Part shown: positions 23,406-34,699 of the stretch, one piece after another
Layout of the letters: every line of letters begins with the position of its first letter
Position numbering within the stretch: the stretch's first letter is position 1
Source of the DNA: Trichodelitschia bisporula
Taxonomy: Eukaryota
NCBI GenBank assembly: GCA_010356995.1
Contig: ML996690.1
Coordinates: 203,101-267,100 of the forward strand
DNA length: 64,000 nucleotides
Reading direction: 5' to 3'
Translations under genes and position numbers: made by a program
Notes under the pieces: model-generated
Told to the model about the DNA's origin: nothing
Seen by the model: only the letters and a program-made list of their open reading frames with translations
Database searches by the model: none

Positions 23406-24246
23406 GGCTGGTAGCCTTGGTTTGGCGAAAGCGTTTCGATGATTTAGGAATGGCCTGTATCGGAGTTTGAGGAGGAGCTTGTTCGTTCTGATCGACAGGA
23501 AAGTTGATGATACTCAGCAAGGGGTTAGGGACGTTTAACAGTGCTGTAAGGTCGACATTTTCATGGCACTGGGCGTTTGGATGGGTCGGCGGTTCCAATT
23601 TATCTTCGCACTTCAGTGTGACTTTTCATCAATTCCTCGCTAGAGCATGATCTTGGTACTTGTAGATGTGTATCCTGGCTTTGGTACCTTGCCCGGTTCC
23701 CGAAAAAGCACGCCGAACATGCGTCCTGATGTGGGTACGAAAGGGATGAGAGATTAAGGCAAAAATGCTTGCAACAACATACTTAACGTTAGAAGAAGCA
23801 TTCTACTCCTGAGAAAGGACCAAGGGTAATGAGGGTGATGTAGTCACAAAAGTGAGGAAGGAGCTATGGAGGTATCCACCACATCGTATATTCAGTTCTA
23901 AGAGCCTCTTCACTCTCTTCTTCCTTTATCTTTCATTTGCCCTTCACTTGGCCCAGTTGCAATGCACGTGTAAAGGGATCCCATACATTACCTCCGATCG
24001 GTATGTGGAGACCTACGCAGTTACAGATTGCTTTCGTGACTCCACAGGCGGATGCTGATACATCAACCTCTGTGCCATCGGTGGCCACTGTTTTGGTGGC
24101 TACTTTCCTTGCTTTGTTAGTCGTCAATCCTCCTTAGCAGTCGTCTGACTCTTTCATACACATCGTGTAGTCTTGACCGGAATCCCGGTGGCAGTCACAT
24201 AGCACCGTAGCACCCATTCCACAAACCAGGCGAACGAGCACGAGAT

Positions 24247-24525
24247 CGATCCCGCGTAACCATACACGACCTCCAGACCCGTAAGGTTATGTGCTGCATA
24301 ACGCACAACGCACCACCCGAACGGTTCCTATCTCCAAAACTCAATCCACCGTCGTCACAGCCGGCCTTAAAATGCTGACCACGCGTGCGATCCGCGTAAC
24401 CGTACACGATCTCCAGACCCAGCACGTACGCGCCGCATAACGCACAACGCACCACCCAAACGGTTCCTACCGTATCTCCAAAACCGAAGTCCTCTGTCGT
24501 CATAGCCGGCCTTAAAATGCTGACC
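24247..24525. repeat. Diverged tandem duplication of about 140 bp upstream of the ALDH gene
   Basis: Copies at about 24247-24380 and 24388-24525 share GCATAACGCACAACGCACCACCC and AGCCGGCCTTAAAATGCTGACC. Confidence 0.85.
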
Positions 24526-24704
24526 CCACCATCCCCCGATAGGCAAGTCGAGCCTATCCGCCCCCCTGCCTCACCCCGCGGCGGGGTCAACCACGCCAAC
24601 CACAACCCCAACACTCAACCCCACGAACCCCTCCCCCACCAACCGAACCCCTCCAAGCTATCTCCCGCACCCACACCAGGAATCAGCCCTCCTAGCCTCC
24701 TCCG

Positions 24705-26427
24705 ATGCGGGCCAGACCCGTCCCTATAAGACGCCTGCTGCCTGCTCCGCAGCGCGTTTCCCGTCTCACCCCGCGCTTCCTCTCAACCTCACCCGCGATC
24801 CGCACCGACTGTGACCGCCCACGCATCACCCTGAAATTCACCCGCGACTTCCTCGAGAAACACGCCACACCACGCCGCACAATGCCAGACCTAAAAGTCA
24901 AGCTCACGGCGCCGAACGGCACCGAATACACACAGCCGACAGGGCTGTTCATCAGCAATGAATGGGTGCCCAGCAGCGACGGCGGGACCATCACCAGCAT
25001 AGACCCTACGTACCGCCCCCTCACTGCTTGCCCGGCACCCGCTAACCCTTCTCAGGACCGAAGAAGTCATAACCTCCGTCTCCGCCGCAACAGAGTCCGA
25101 CATCGACGCCGCCGTCCGCGCCGCCCACCGCGCCTTCAAATCAGAGTGGCGCTCCTTCGAAGGAACAGCCCGCGGTGCATTGCTCTACGAATTAGCCGCC
25201 CTCGTCGACGCGCATGCCTCCACCCTCGCCGCCATCGAAACATGGGATAACGGCAAGCCCTACACCGTCGCGCTGACCGAAGACCTGGTCGAAGTATCCG
25301 CCGTGCTGCGGTATTACGCCGGGTGGGCAGACAAGATCTCCGGCAAGGTCATCGACACCACTTCTGCGAAACTGACCTACACGCTGAGGCAGCCGCTGGG
25401 CGTGTGCGCGCAGATTATACCGTGGAATTATCCGCTGGCCATGGCGGCGTGGAAACTGGGTCCTGCGTTGGCGGCGGGGAATACGGTTGTGCTGAAGGCG
25501 GCGGAGCAGACGCCGCTCAGTATACTGTATCTGGCGGAGCTGGTTAAGAAGGCCGGTTTCCCGCCAGGCGTGGTGAATGTTGTGAACGGGTATGGCCGCG
25601 TGGCGGGCGCGGCGCTGGTACAGCATCCGCTTGTTGCGAAAGTGGCATTTACAGGCTCCACAGCCACGGGGAAGGAAATCATGAAGATGGCGGCCGGCGG
25701 GCTGAAGAACATAACGTTGGAAACGGGCGGCAAGTCGCCGTGTCTTATCTTCGCAGATGCGGATCTGGATCAGGCGGTGAAGTGGGCGCACGTCGGCATC
25801 ATGAGCAACATGGGGCAGGTGTGCTGCGCCACAAGCCGCATCTACGTGCACGAGGATCTGTACGAGAGGTTCCTGGAAGGGTTTGCCGCGAGAGTGAAGG
25901 AGGTGAGTGTGATTGGGAGTCCGTGGGAGGAGGGCACGTTCCAGGGCCCACAAGTCACGAAAAGGCAACAAGAACGCGTGTTGGGGTATATCGAGGCGGG
26001 ACTGAGTGAGGGCGCGCGGCTTGTTACCGGCGGTAAGGAGGCTGCAGGGCAGGGAAAGGGGTTCTTCGTCGCGCCGACTGTGTTCGCGGATGTGCGTGAG
26101 GATATGCAGGTCGTCAAGGAGGAGGTTTTTGGTCCCGTCGTTACTGTCTCATCCTTCAAAGACGAGGACGAAGTCCTGGCCCGCGCGAACGATACCATGT
26201 ACGGCCTGGGCGCGGCGGTGTTCACGGCCGATATTGCAAGGGCGCATCGCATTGCGGCGTCCTTGGAGTCGGGCACGGTGTGGGTTAATAGTTCTAATGA
26301 CGGCGATTTTAGGGTGCCGTTTGGGGGGGTCAAGATGAGTGGGATTGGGAGGGAGTTAGGTGAGGCGGGGCTGGATGGGTATACGAGTACGAAGGCAGTT
26401 ATGGTTAATTTGGGGACGAGATTGTAG
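24705..26427 (+). CDS. NAD(P)-dependent aldehyde dehydrogenase (ALDH1/2-like); alternative start at 24882
   Basis: IIPWNYP, FTGST, catalytic LETGGKSP and NMGQVCCA, EEVFGPV, PFGGVKMSGIGRELG. Intron 25010-25055 joins the two ORFs in frame. Confidence 0.94.
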
Positions 26428-27188
26428 ACTGTTGGTGGTGTTCTGGGTAGATATGTATGCCTCGCCTCTCACATCTTCGGCATCTGCGGACCGATCTGGT
26501 ATCATGATGTTCTCCCACGCCTCGTCTGACGGCAAGCTGATCTCGCGATGCTGCCTTGCATCTCGCGGTTAACGGTCTCACTCCGCAACAGCTCAAGGAG
26601 CGTTGATCGCTAGCGATGCAAGTTCGCCAGAGTGGCGCGGACCACGTCCACTGATGAGACAGGCGTCGGTGTTTAGCGTCCGCGAGCCACGATGAACTCA
26701 GGAAGGAACATTGGTATTCGTGAAAGGGGCATACTAACCTGGGCAAGTGACGAAGGGCAAGACTGGAAGGAACCCTGGAGGACAGGTGGCAGGCACTGAG
26801 TCTTGATATGAGTGATCCGCCGCTTGACTTCTCTTCTTCTTCTTCATTTTCTTTGTCCTTGGTTTTCCTCTCGATCATGCACTTTGTGATGCTCCGATCA
26901 GTGCCGATCTCCATCCACATTCAAACGCCATTTACGAGCAGACACTTGATAGAAGCACTTGCGAAGCTATGTATCACCATACTCCGACAGCTTTCTCAGT
27001 GCGTCATCTCTCCTTGAGAACACAGAGCGTAAGACCAACGGCACGCAACAAAGCTCATTGTCCGCACTCCTCACCTAACGTTCAGTCTCACTGCAGGACT
27101 CACAATCACCAACACATTCAAGGCCCTTTATCACACCTTTGATAAATCCCCACAGAGTGCAGCATGTACGTAGCTCCATCACACAATC

Positions 27189-27974
27189 ATGAACACGACG
27201 GCCAACATGACCACCCTTTCATCACAAGAACTAGAACTAATCCGTTTCTCCCTCCCCCACCCCACAACCCACACCCCGCAATACACCCAATCCATCCCCG
27301 CCCCCATCCTCCTAACCTACAGCGCCTACGCCCAGCGACACCTCGCAACCGCGATCATCTCCTCCCGCCGCAAGCCCCGAAAAAGCAAGGTGCCTAAAAC
27401 GCTGGCTACTATACCCCTCCTCCCGCACTCCGCAACCCTGCTCGCCCTGAAGCACGTCCTCGTCTTCATCAAAACCGTGCACGGGCTTCCGTTGCTCCCA
27501 TCTGCGACGCCCTTCATCCGTCTAACGGGCCTGTGGACCTTCGCCGAAGCCGCGGGGCTGTACAGGACGTGCCTGACGCTGGAGCTGCCATGGCCGCAGG
27601 TGCGGCTGCTGGATGAGTTACGGGCGGTGATTGGCGAGCGGCCGCTGACGGTGGAGGAGGTGAGGGTCGTTTGGGAGTGTTTTCCTCGCTTTAGGGAGGA
27701 TGGGTTGGTGAGGGATATGCTGCTGTGTTGGGGGCGGTGGGTGGGTAAGATCTGGCCCGGGAAGGGGGAGATGAGGAGGTATCTGAGGGCGAATCCGGAA
27801 CTGTGTAGGGCGATTGAGGAGGCGAGGAAGGAGAATCCCGGGGTGTGGGTTGAGAGGGTGGGGGGGGAGGAGAGGAGGTGGGAGGATGTTAGGAGGGGGG
27901 TTAGGCCGTTGACGAGGGAGTTTTTGAGGGAGATGAGGGGGATGGAGGGTGAGGATGGGGGGGGGGGGCTGTGA
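27189..27974 (+). CDS. Hypothetical protein with a divergent BTB/POZ-like pattern
   Basis: 261-aa ORF with ACAATCATG start. The pattern IPAPILLTYSAYAQRHL...ALKHVLVFI...LYRTCLTLEL...LTVEEVRVVWECF is reminiscent of fungal BTB-like proteins. Confidence 0.65.
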   Translation: MNTTANMTTLSSQELELIRFSLPHPTTHTPQYTQSIPAPILLTYSAYAQRHLATAIISSRRKPRKSKVPKTLATIPLLPHSATLLALKHVLVFIKTVHGLPLLPSATPFIRLTGLWTFAEAAGLYRTCLTLELPWPQVRLLDELRAVIGERPLTVEEVRVVWECFPRFREDGLVRDMLLCWGRWVGKIWPGKGEMRRYLRANPELCRAIEEARKENPGVWVERVGGEERRWEDVRRGVRPLTREFLREMRGMEGEDGGGGL

Positions 27975-30291
27975 GTAGGTGGACGGTGTAGTAATGGATG
28001 ACTGATGTGTTGGTTCTCGTGTCTTTGCCCTGGACGTGCTTTTAGCGTTGTATTGTTTGAACCGATCCGGCTCTTGTCGAGGTGGTTATGGAAGGAGCAT
28101 TCTTATGTAAGCAAGGGACATGATGTAATGCGAGTATGATAGAAGGAAGGAGCAAAGGAGGATACTTGGCATGGTGTACTTAAACCTCGAGAGTCTCTGA
28201 CTCTCTTCCTCTCTCCGTCTTCAACTTCAATCTTCAGTTTACACAGATGTTTTGCCTGTGTACGAAGCTCTGCTCCCATCACTTGTCCCAGCCCTGTCCC
28301 AGCGTCATACTGTCGGCCCGTGCTCACACAGACGACGTCGTGCCCTCGGACCGACATCCTACATCGAGTCACTCCCCGCCCATCCGAGCAAGCGTCTCGT
28401 GCCGCGCCGCGCCGCATTGCGGGGATCCCCGCTACTCAATGGCGGCTCAAAACGAAGAAGTTCTAGAACGCCACATTAGCAAATCGGGACCGTCCCTTTT
28501 GGCGTCTGGCTTATGACCGTCTCCCTACGGTAGAACTAGTATTTGTTCCCCTTTTCCCGCGCCCGTGATTCTCAACCCATGACCTTCGCACGTGCGGCCA
28601 AGACTGCAAACTAGCGGGGATATGTGTGCATGCCTAGCGTAAGGCCCAAGCCATTCGAGAAAGTCGTAGCTGCTTGCCATAGCATCCTTGCCGACGACAG
28701 TGACAATGATTTTTTACGGATAGCTCTTGGCCTCGCGGCCGGGAAACGGAAGAGGGCGAGGAAGCGATAGCACTGGGCTATCACGGTTAACGGGTAATGT
28801 TGACAAGATGTCCGATGCAATGCGTGCGGAGGGCTTGAGTCGGGTTGCTCTAGGCCCTTATTCGTCACTCTCGTGGTGTGCTACGAGGCAATGCTGTGTC
28901 AGCCTGGGCAAGGCGAAGGGTGAGGGAGCCGGGAAGCCGAGCATGTCATCCGATGCAGGCCGGTTGCTGCTGTGTGGGTTGGGACCGGAAAAGGGAACGG
29001 TGAGCAGCCGGTGAAGGCTGGTGCCGGGGATTGCCTGCGAGCGCGATGGTCCCAACGCGGAATTGGCGGGGTTGAACGCCTCGTGGACGCGCGATGCAGA
29101 TCGGCTCGCTTCGGGGGTTGGCGAGGCGCGGCGGGGAGGCCCAGAGTCTGGGTGGTGTCCCGCGAGCCGGGCTGGGTTCTGGAAGGTTCGGTTCATGGGC
29201 TTCAGCCTTGAATGTAAGGCTGTTCTTCGAGGGTTAGGCTGATTTATACCGTAGCACTGCGGATGTAGTCTCTCAACCGATCTGGCCCTTCCGGTGTGAT
29301 GGGTTGACAGGTCATGTGATTTGGGGAAGCTTTCCATGTGTGCGACGGCATGAGCGGGCTCCGAGCCCAAGGCTCGGCTTCTTCGTTGCCCAGAGCCCAG
29401 AATTGTTTCCCGGTGCAGCGCAGCGTGCAGCGCGGCGCAGCCTTGTGTGTCTCGGCGGCTTAGCATCAGATGGGGGAGTGTGGGAGGTTGGGCTCGAAGG
29501 GCGAGATGGGGAGAGAGCAATTGGGTGTCGATGGGATGGGTTGCTGGGCATTCGCTGGGCATTGAAGGAGCTGGTGAGTGCTAGTATGTTCGCGGGGTTG
29601 CGATCTTTGTCCCTTTGTCCCTTTGTGCGGAAGGGGGAGTGAATGGGATGCTTGGTTGGTGAAGGGGGGGAGGGAGGGGATGCCTAGCTAGTGCTGGTGG
29701 GGGAGGAAGCTGTGGAGTGGGGCAGGGTATGACGATTTTTTATGGAGCCCTTGGGGCTCAGTGCGTGACTGGGCGCTTTGCATGATGGAGTGAAGCGGGA
29801 GTGGTGAGAGGGAGCGAGTGAGGGCGTGAGGCGAGAGGGAAAGGGAGAGGGAGAGGGAGAGGGAGAGATGGATGGTCCTTGGTGTTTGCAGAAGGGGCAT
29901 GGATGAGCATTAGTAAACAGCAGAAAATAGTTGCCAATTGAAGACATCCCGTCTCAACATTGACGACTTGCTGATGCAACAATTCAAGAAAGAATTGGAG
30001 ATAACCGTGGTTGATGTGAAGCCAGCAAGTTGTGTGCATCACGTCGTTGCAGCAAGGGAAGTTGGTGGTTGTTCCGTCACTGCCAGCAACTTTGGTACCG
30101 TTGCACTCTGCGGCCCGTTCGCAACACACACGTCTTGTCCTTCAGTCATTCTCCTCTCTTGTTCCCGCTCCCTCCGCCTCCCGCTATCCGCCATCCACCA
30201 TCCACCGTCCACCATCCACCTCTCTTCTCTCTCTCCACTCACTAACTCACTCACTCTCCTCCAAAGTCAGTTGAGTAGGTGCGACGACAAC

Positions 30292-30321
30292 ACCACCACC
30301 ACCACCACCACCACCACCACC
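30292..30321 (+). repeat. (ACC)10 microsatellite in the pyrimidine-rich region upstream of PPZ
   Basis: Read directly from the sequence. Confidence 0.9.
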
Positions 30322-30702
30322 GACATCACCAACTACCTCTTTATTCACTCGAACCCCTTCTACATCTACCTCCTCCTTATCGTCGCCGTCACCTTCCTTC
30401 TGCACAAAAACACCCACCTCCATCCCACGCGCACCGCCACAAACTGGCGCAGAGACGAGACCCGTCAGCGTCGCTCGTTCCTTCCTCTGCAACCCTCTCA
30501 GCGCCTCGCTCTTCCCTCGTCTCGACTGGTCAACTCCAGTCGCGCTTTCTCTCGTTTCTCCAGCGCCTGTACCGACCTCCTTAATACTTCCCTTGACGCA
30601 ACACCATACCTAAGACCTTATCGCCACCTCCCCGTACAATATTCCCCACCCTCCGTCACCACTTATCGTTTCACCTCACCCACATCCCACACCCACACCG
30701 CA

Positions 30703-32364
30703 ATGGGGAACCAGTCCTCCAAAGAGAAAAAGTCCAGTGATGCCAGCTCCATCACTTCCGCGAAGGACCCGGGCTTTGGTAGCTACCCCTCCTTCAGCCG
30801 CAGCGAGACACGCGACTCTGCGCGCAGCATCAAGACTGCTATTCTCTCCAAGATCCCCACGGGGAAGGACAGCCCGCGCTCGTCCACTCCCGCGTTAGGG
30901 GAAGCAGAGAAGACTGATAAATCGGACGCAGGCAGTGTTAAGTCGGCAAAGCAAAACGGCTCCCGCTCGCAGCGCGGCTCAACGACATCGCTAGTGTCTC
31001 CCACCGTCGATTCTTCCGTCGTGCTGCCGGACGTTCCGCAGCCGCCGCCTTCTCCTTCGCAGAGCACATCGTTGGGCCACGGTCATAGCGCTGTTGGTCG
31101 GGCGCAGCGTAGCGGCGAGGTGGACAATGTGTCAGAGCGACCACCGTCGGGAATGCCGCCACATTTGCAAAATGCTCAACCTAAGGAGTCGATACTGATG
31201 AAGCGCGATTCGCCGGCACCGCGCTTTGTTCGGGAGCAGAGCACTACGGAGTCTGGCTCGCCCGTGGAGCTGGCTGCGCTGAAGACGATCGATCTTGACG
31301 ACATGATTACACGCCTGCTGGATGCAGCATATGCGGGCAAGGTCACGAAGACGGTGGTGCTCAAAAATGCCGAGATCCATGCCATCTGCCGCGCCGCCCA
31401 GGAGGTCTTCCTTTCGCAGCCGTCGCTCCTCGAACTTTCTCCGCCAGTCAAGATTGTCGGGGACGTGCACGGGCAGTACACGGACCTGATCCGCATGTTT
31501 GAGATGTGTGGATTCCCGCCACATTCCAACTTCTTGTTCCTCGGTGACTACGTCGACCGCGGCAAGCAATCGCTCGAGACAATCCTTCTTCTCCTCTGCT
31601 ATAAGCTCAAGTACCCAGAGAACTTCTTCCTGCTGCGTGGGAACCACGAGTGTGCGAACGTGACGCGCGTCTACGGCTTCTACGACGAGTGCAAGCGGCG
31701 CACTACGATCAAAGTCTGGAAGTCATTTATTGACACCTTTAACACTTTACCCATCGCCGCTATCGTTGCAGGCAAGATCTTCTGCGTGCATGGCGGGCTT
31801 TCGCCGTCGCTGAGCCACATGGACGATATTCGCCAGATCCAACGGCCGACCGACGTTCCGGACTATGGATTGTTGAACGACCTACTGTGGAGCGACCCTG
31901 CGGAGATGGAGAGCGACTGGGAATCGAATGAGCGGGGAGTCAGTTACTGTTTTAGCAAAAAGGTCATCATGGAGTTCCTCCAGCGACACGACTTTGATCT
32001 TGTCTGTCGAGCCCACATGGTGGTCGAGGATGGGTACGAGTTCTTCAGCGACAGGATCTTGGTGACTGTGTTCTCTGCGCCAAACGTAAGTCTTTCGTAT
32101 TTGTCTCTCGTATAATTCTGACTGTCCAGTACTGCGGCGAGTTTGATAATTGGGGCGCTGTCATGTCGGTATCGGCAGAGCTGCTCTGCAGCTTCGAGCT
32201 GCTAAAGCCGCTGGACTCGAGCGCGCTGAAGAGCCACATCAAAAAGGGGCGGAACAAGAGGGAAAAGATGCTGAACAGTCCGGTAAGTTGGATTGAAGAT
32301 GCACTCGGTCCTTTCGTATCTAACCCATTCGCAGCCCGCCAACCAATATCCGCAATCTTTCTAA
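30703..32364 (+). CDS. PPZ1: Serine/threonine protein phosphatase Z (PPZ, PP1-related)
   Basis: N-myristoylation-type start MGNQSSK, Ser-rich N-terminus, GDVHGQ, GDYVDRG, RGNHE, and SAPNYCGEFDN after splicing. Introns 32086-32129 and 32283-32334; stop TAA ends at 32364. Confidence 0.93.
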
Positions 32365-32964
32365 ACGGGCTTTGTGGCAGAGGACGGCTTTGGTCCTTGG
32401 TGTCATCGCTACTGCTGGAGCTATTTCTCAGGTTGCTTTGGGGCTACGCATTGCTCGAAGGCGCCTACGCATAGCGCTTACGCCTAGACATGCTGCGAGG
32501 CACACGGCAAGGCAGGGCGAGGCCGGGAACGCTGGAATGCGGACCTGTTTTGTTGCCCACGGGCGATGCGTTGCTGTCCTGAGCGAGGGCGTCTTTTGTG
32601 CGAATGGCGCTGCGGTTTCGCGCGTAGAATGGGAGATTAAAAGGGGGGATGATTCGTTACGGGGAGGATGAAATTGCGAGGTCGTCTGTAGCGTTTTTAG
32701 TGAAGGGTTTGTTTGTTGTACGATAGGGAGATGGGCGCGCTTTTTTAACTCTCCGTGGGATGATATTGAATGGGCTGGGGGTGTTTGTAGGACGAATACA
32801 TGCGGATAATGGGATTGTTTGTTAGCGTTTAATGGCTGATGAAGGACGTGGGCACTATTCTATAACACACTCCTCCCCATCAACCCCTTCTTCGACCCTC
32901 CTGGTATCCCTCCCCCTCCTATCCTCCTTCCGCGCCCACCCAACTTTCCTTCCCCTCTTCTCCT

Positions 32965-33044
32965 NNNNNNNNNNNNNNNNNNNNNNNNNNNNNNNNNNNN
33001 NNNNNNNNNNNNNNNNNNNNNNNNNNNNNNNNNNNNNNNNNNNN
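32965..33044. other. Assembly gap (80 N)
   Basis: N run flanked by C-rich low-complexity sequence. Confidence 1.
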
Positions 33045-34195
33045 CCCTCCTCCCCCCACCGGCATCCCCCTTCTTCGCAGCCGCCGCCGCAGCCTCACAC
33101 CCCCTCCTCCACGCCCTAACGCACTCCCCAACCCACTCCGCCCCAAGCACCCCCGCCCTTATCCCCTTCACAAACCCCTCCTCTCTCTCCGCCGCCTCGC
33201 CCGCAACGCACCACTCCTGCACAAGGCCGAAGATCATCCCCGCCACCACGCCGCTCCCCATGCGCGGGCCCACCCCGAACGCGCCCAGGACCTCGGCCAC
33301 GGCGAACCCAGTCCCGAAATCCATTTACACGGGGTCGCACCGGGAGACCGTGCGTGCGGCGCGGAGGGACCGGGCGGAGGCCAGGGTCGGGAGGCGGAGG
33401 AGGTGGGCGACGTTGGCGGAGGATGTGCTCAGGGCGCTGAGCGTGGAGAGCGGGGCTTGGGATAGGATGCTGGCCGGCGGGAGGGAAGCCCAGGCTAGAT
33501 ACTCTGCGCGGCCGCGGTAACGGATGTGCGGCGGAGGGTAGACAGGATGGTGCTGACCGGGTAGATGGCTGTGGATTGCGCGGCGGTCGGGTCGTGGAGG
33601 AGGGTTATGTGGGTTTCGGATTTGGGGGAGGGGGAGAGGGAGGGGGGAGGTGCTTGGGGAAGGGTTCGAGGTGTGCAGGGCGCGGAAGATGGCCCAAAGG
33701 AGGGAGTCGGAGGTGCTTATGAAGGGACTGGCGATTTTGGCGCGGGCTAGGTGGTTTGCGGCTAGGTAGGCGAAGAAAGGGTCGTCTTGCGACAGCGGGG
33801 GGCGGATAGGCGGGTGTTGATGGGGAAGGGGTGAAGAGGCCGGCGCGGAAAGGTGGGTGTGTTTTGGCCCGAGGAGTGCGGGTGCAGGTGTGGAAGAGGA
33901 GGGTTGGGATTATTGGGTCCGAAGGGGGGCGGGTTGGCGGGGAGGAGGGAAGTTCGAGTGCCTCTGAGGGGCGGGGAGGGGCGGTGAATTCGGTTGCCCT
34001 GCGGAGGGGAGAGGAGGTTAGGTCGATTATGTTGGCGACGGGGCGGGGGCGGTGGGTGAGTGAGAGGTGTTGTGCGTGTGCCTGGTCTTCGGGATCTGGC
34101 GAGGGGGAGGGATCTTGACGGTAGGTGTTTCGGTGACGATGGGACTCTGCCAGCGTACCTGGGTGGATGTGTCGCAATGGCTGAAAGTCGTTCCG

Positions 34196-34699
34196 CTGAC
34201 GGTGAGCTTCTCTCGGGGTTTCCGGATGGCTGTTCCTCGATGGCCGAGGATGGACATCCCTCGATGCGTGCGTATGGATGCCTCTCGATGCTTGCGGATC
34301 GATATCCCTCGGCGTCACTGGATGGATATTCGTCGGTTGCTGGGAGTGGAGATAACTCGATGTCTGGGGATGGGGATTCCGCGATTTTTGGGGATGGAAA
34401 GTCCACGATGCTTGGGGATGAACGTCACTTAGCAGCTCGTGGTGATCATCCCTGGACGACTGGAGATGATTATCCCTTGATGACTGGTGATAGGCATCCC
34501 TCGCCAGCGGGCGACGGGCATCCCTTGATGCCTGGAGGTGGACGTCCCTTGACGGCTGGTGGTGAGAATCCCGGGACGACTGGGGAGGGGTATCCCTTGC
34601 CCACTGGTGATAGGCGGCCCTTGACAGCTGGGGATGGATGTCCCTTGACGGCTGGTGAAAGGCACCCATTAACGGCTGGTGATGGGCCTCCCGCGATGC
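34196..34699 (-). repeat. About 21 degenerate 24-bp coding tandem repeats (consensus xSRDxHxQ)
   Basis: Translation ASREAHHQ-PLMGAFHQ-PSRDIHPQ-...-TPREAHRQ keeps an exact 8-aa period. Confidence 0.85.

Noticed and set aside
26405..26920. 171-aa minus-strand ORF with intron-like signals
   Set aside because: No domain similarity and it overlaps the ALDH 3' end; insufficient support.
28103..29900. Several 70-234 aa ORFs upstream of PPZ
   Set aside because: No recognisable motifs or consistent exon structure; treated as intergenic.
29938..30702. 255-codon in-frame extension upstream of PPZ
   Set aside because: It starts at TTG and runs through stop-poor pyrimidine/ACC-rich leader sequence. The MGNQSS myristoylation motif must be N-terminal.
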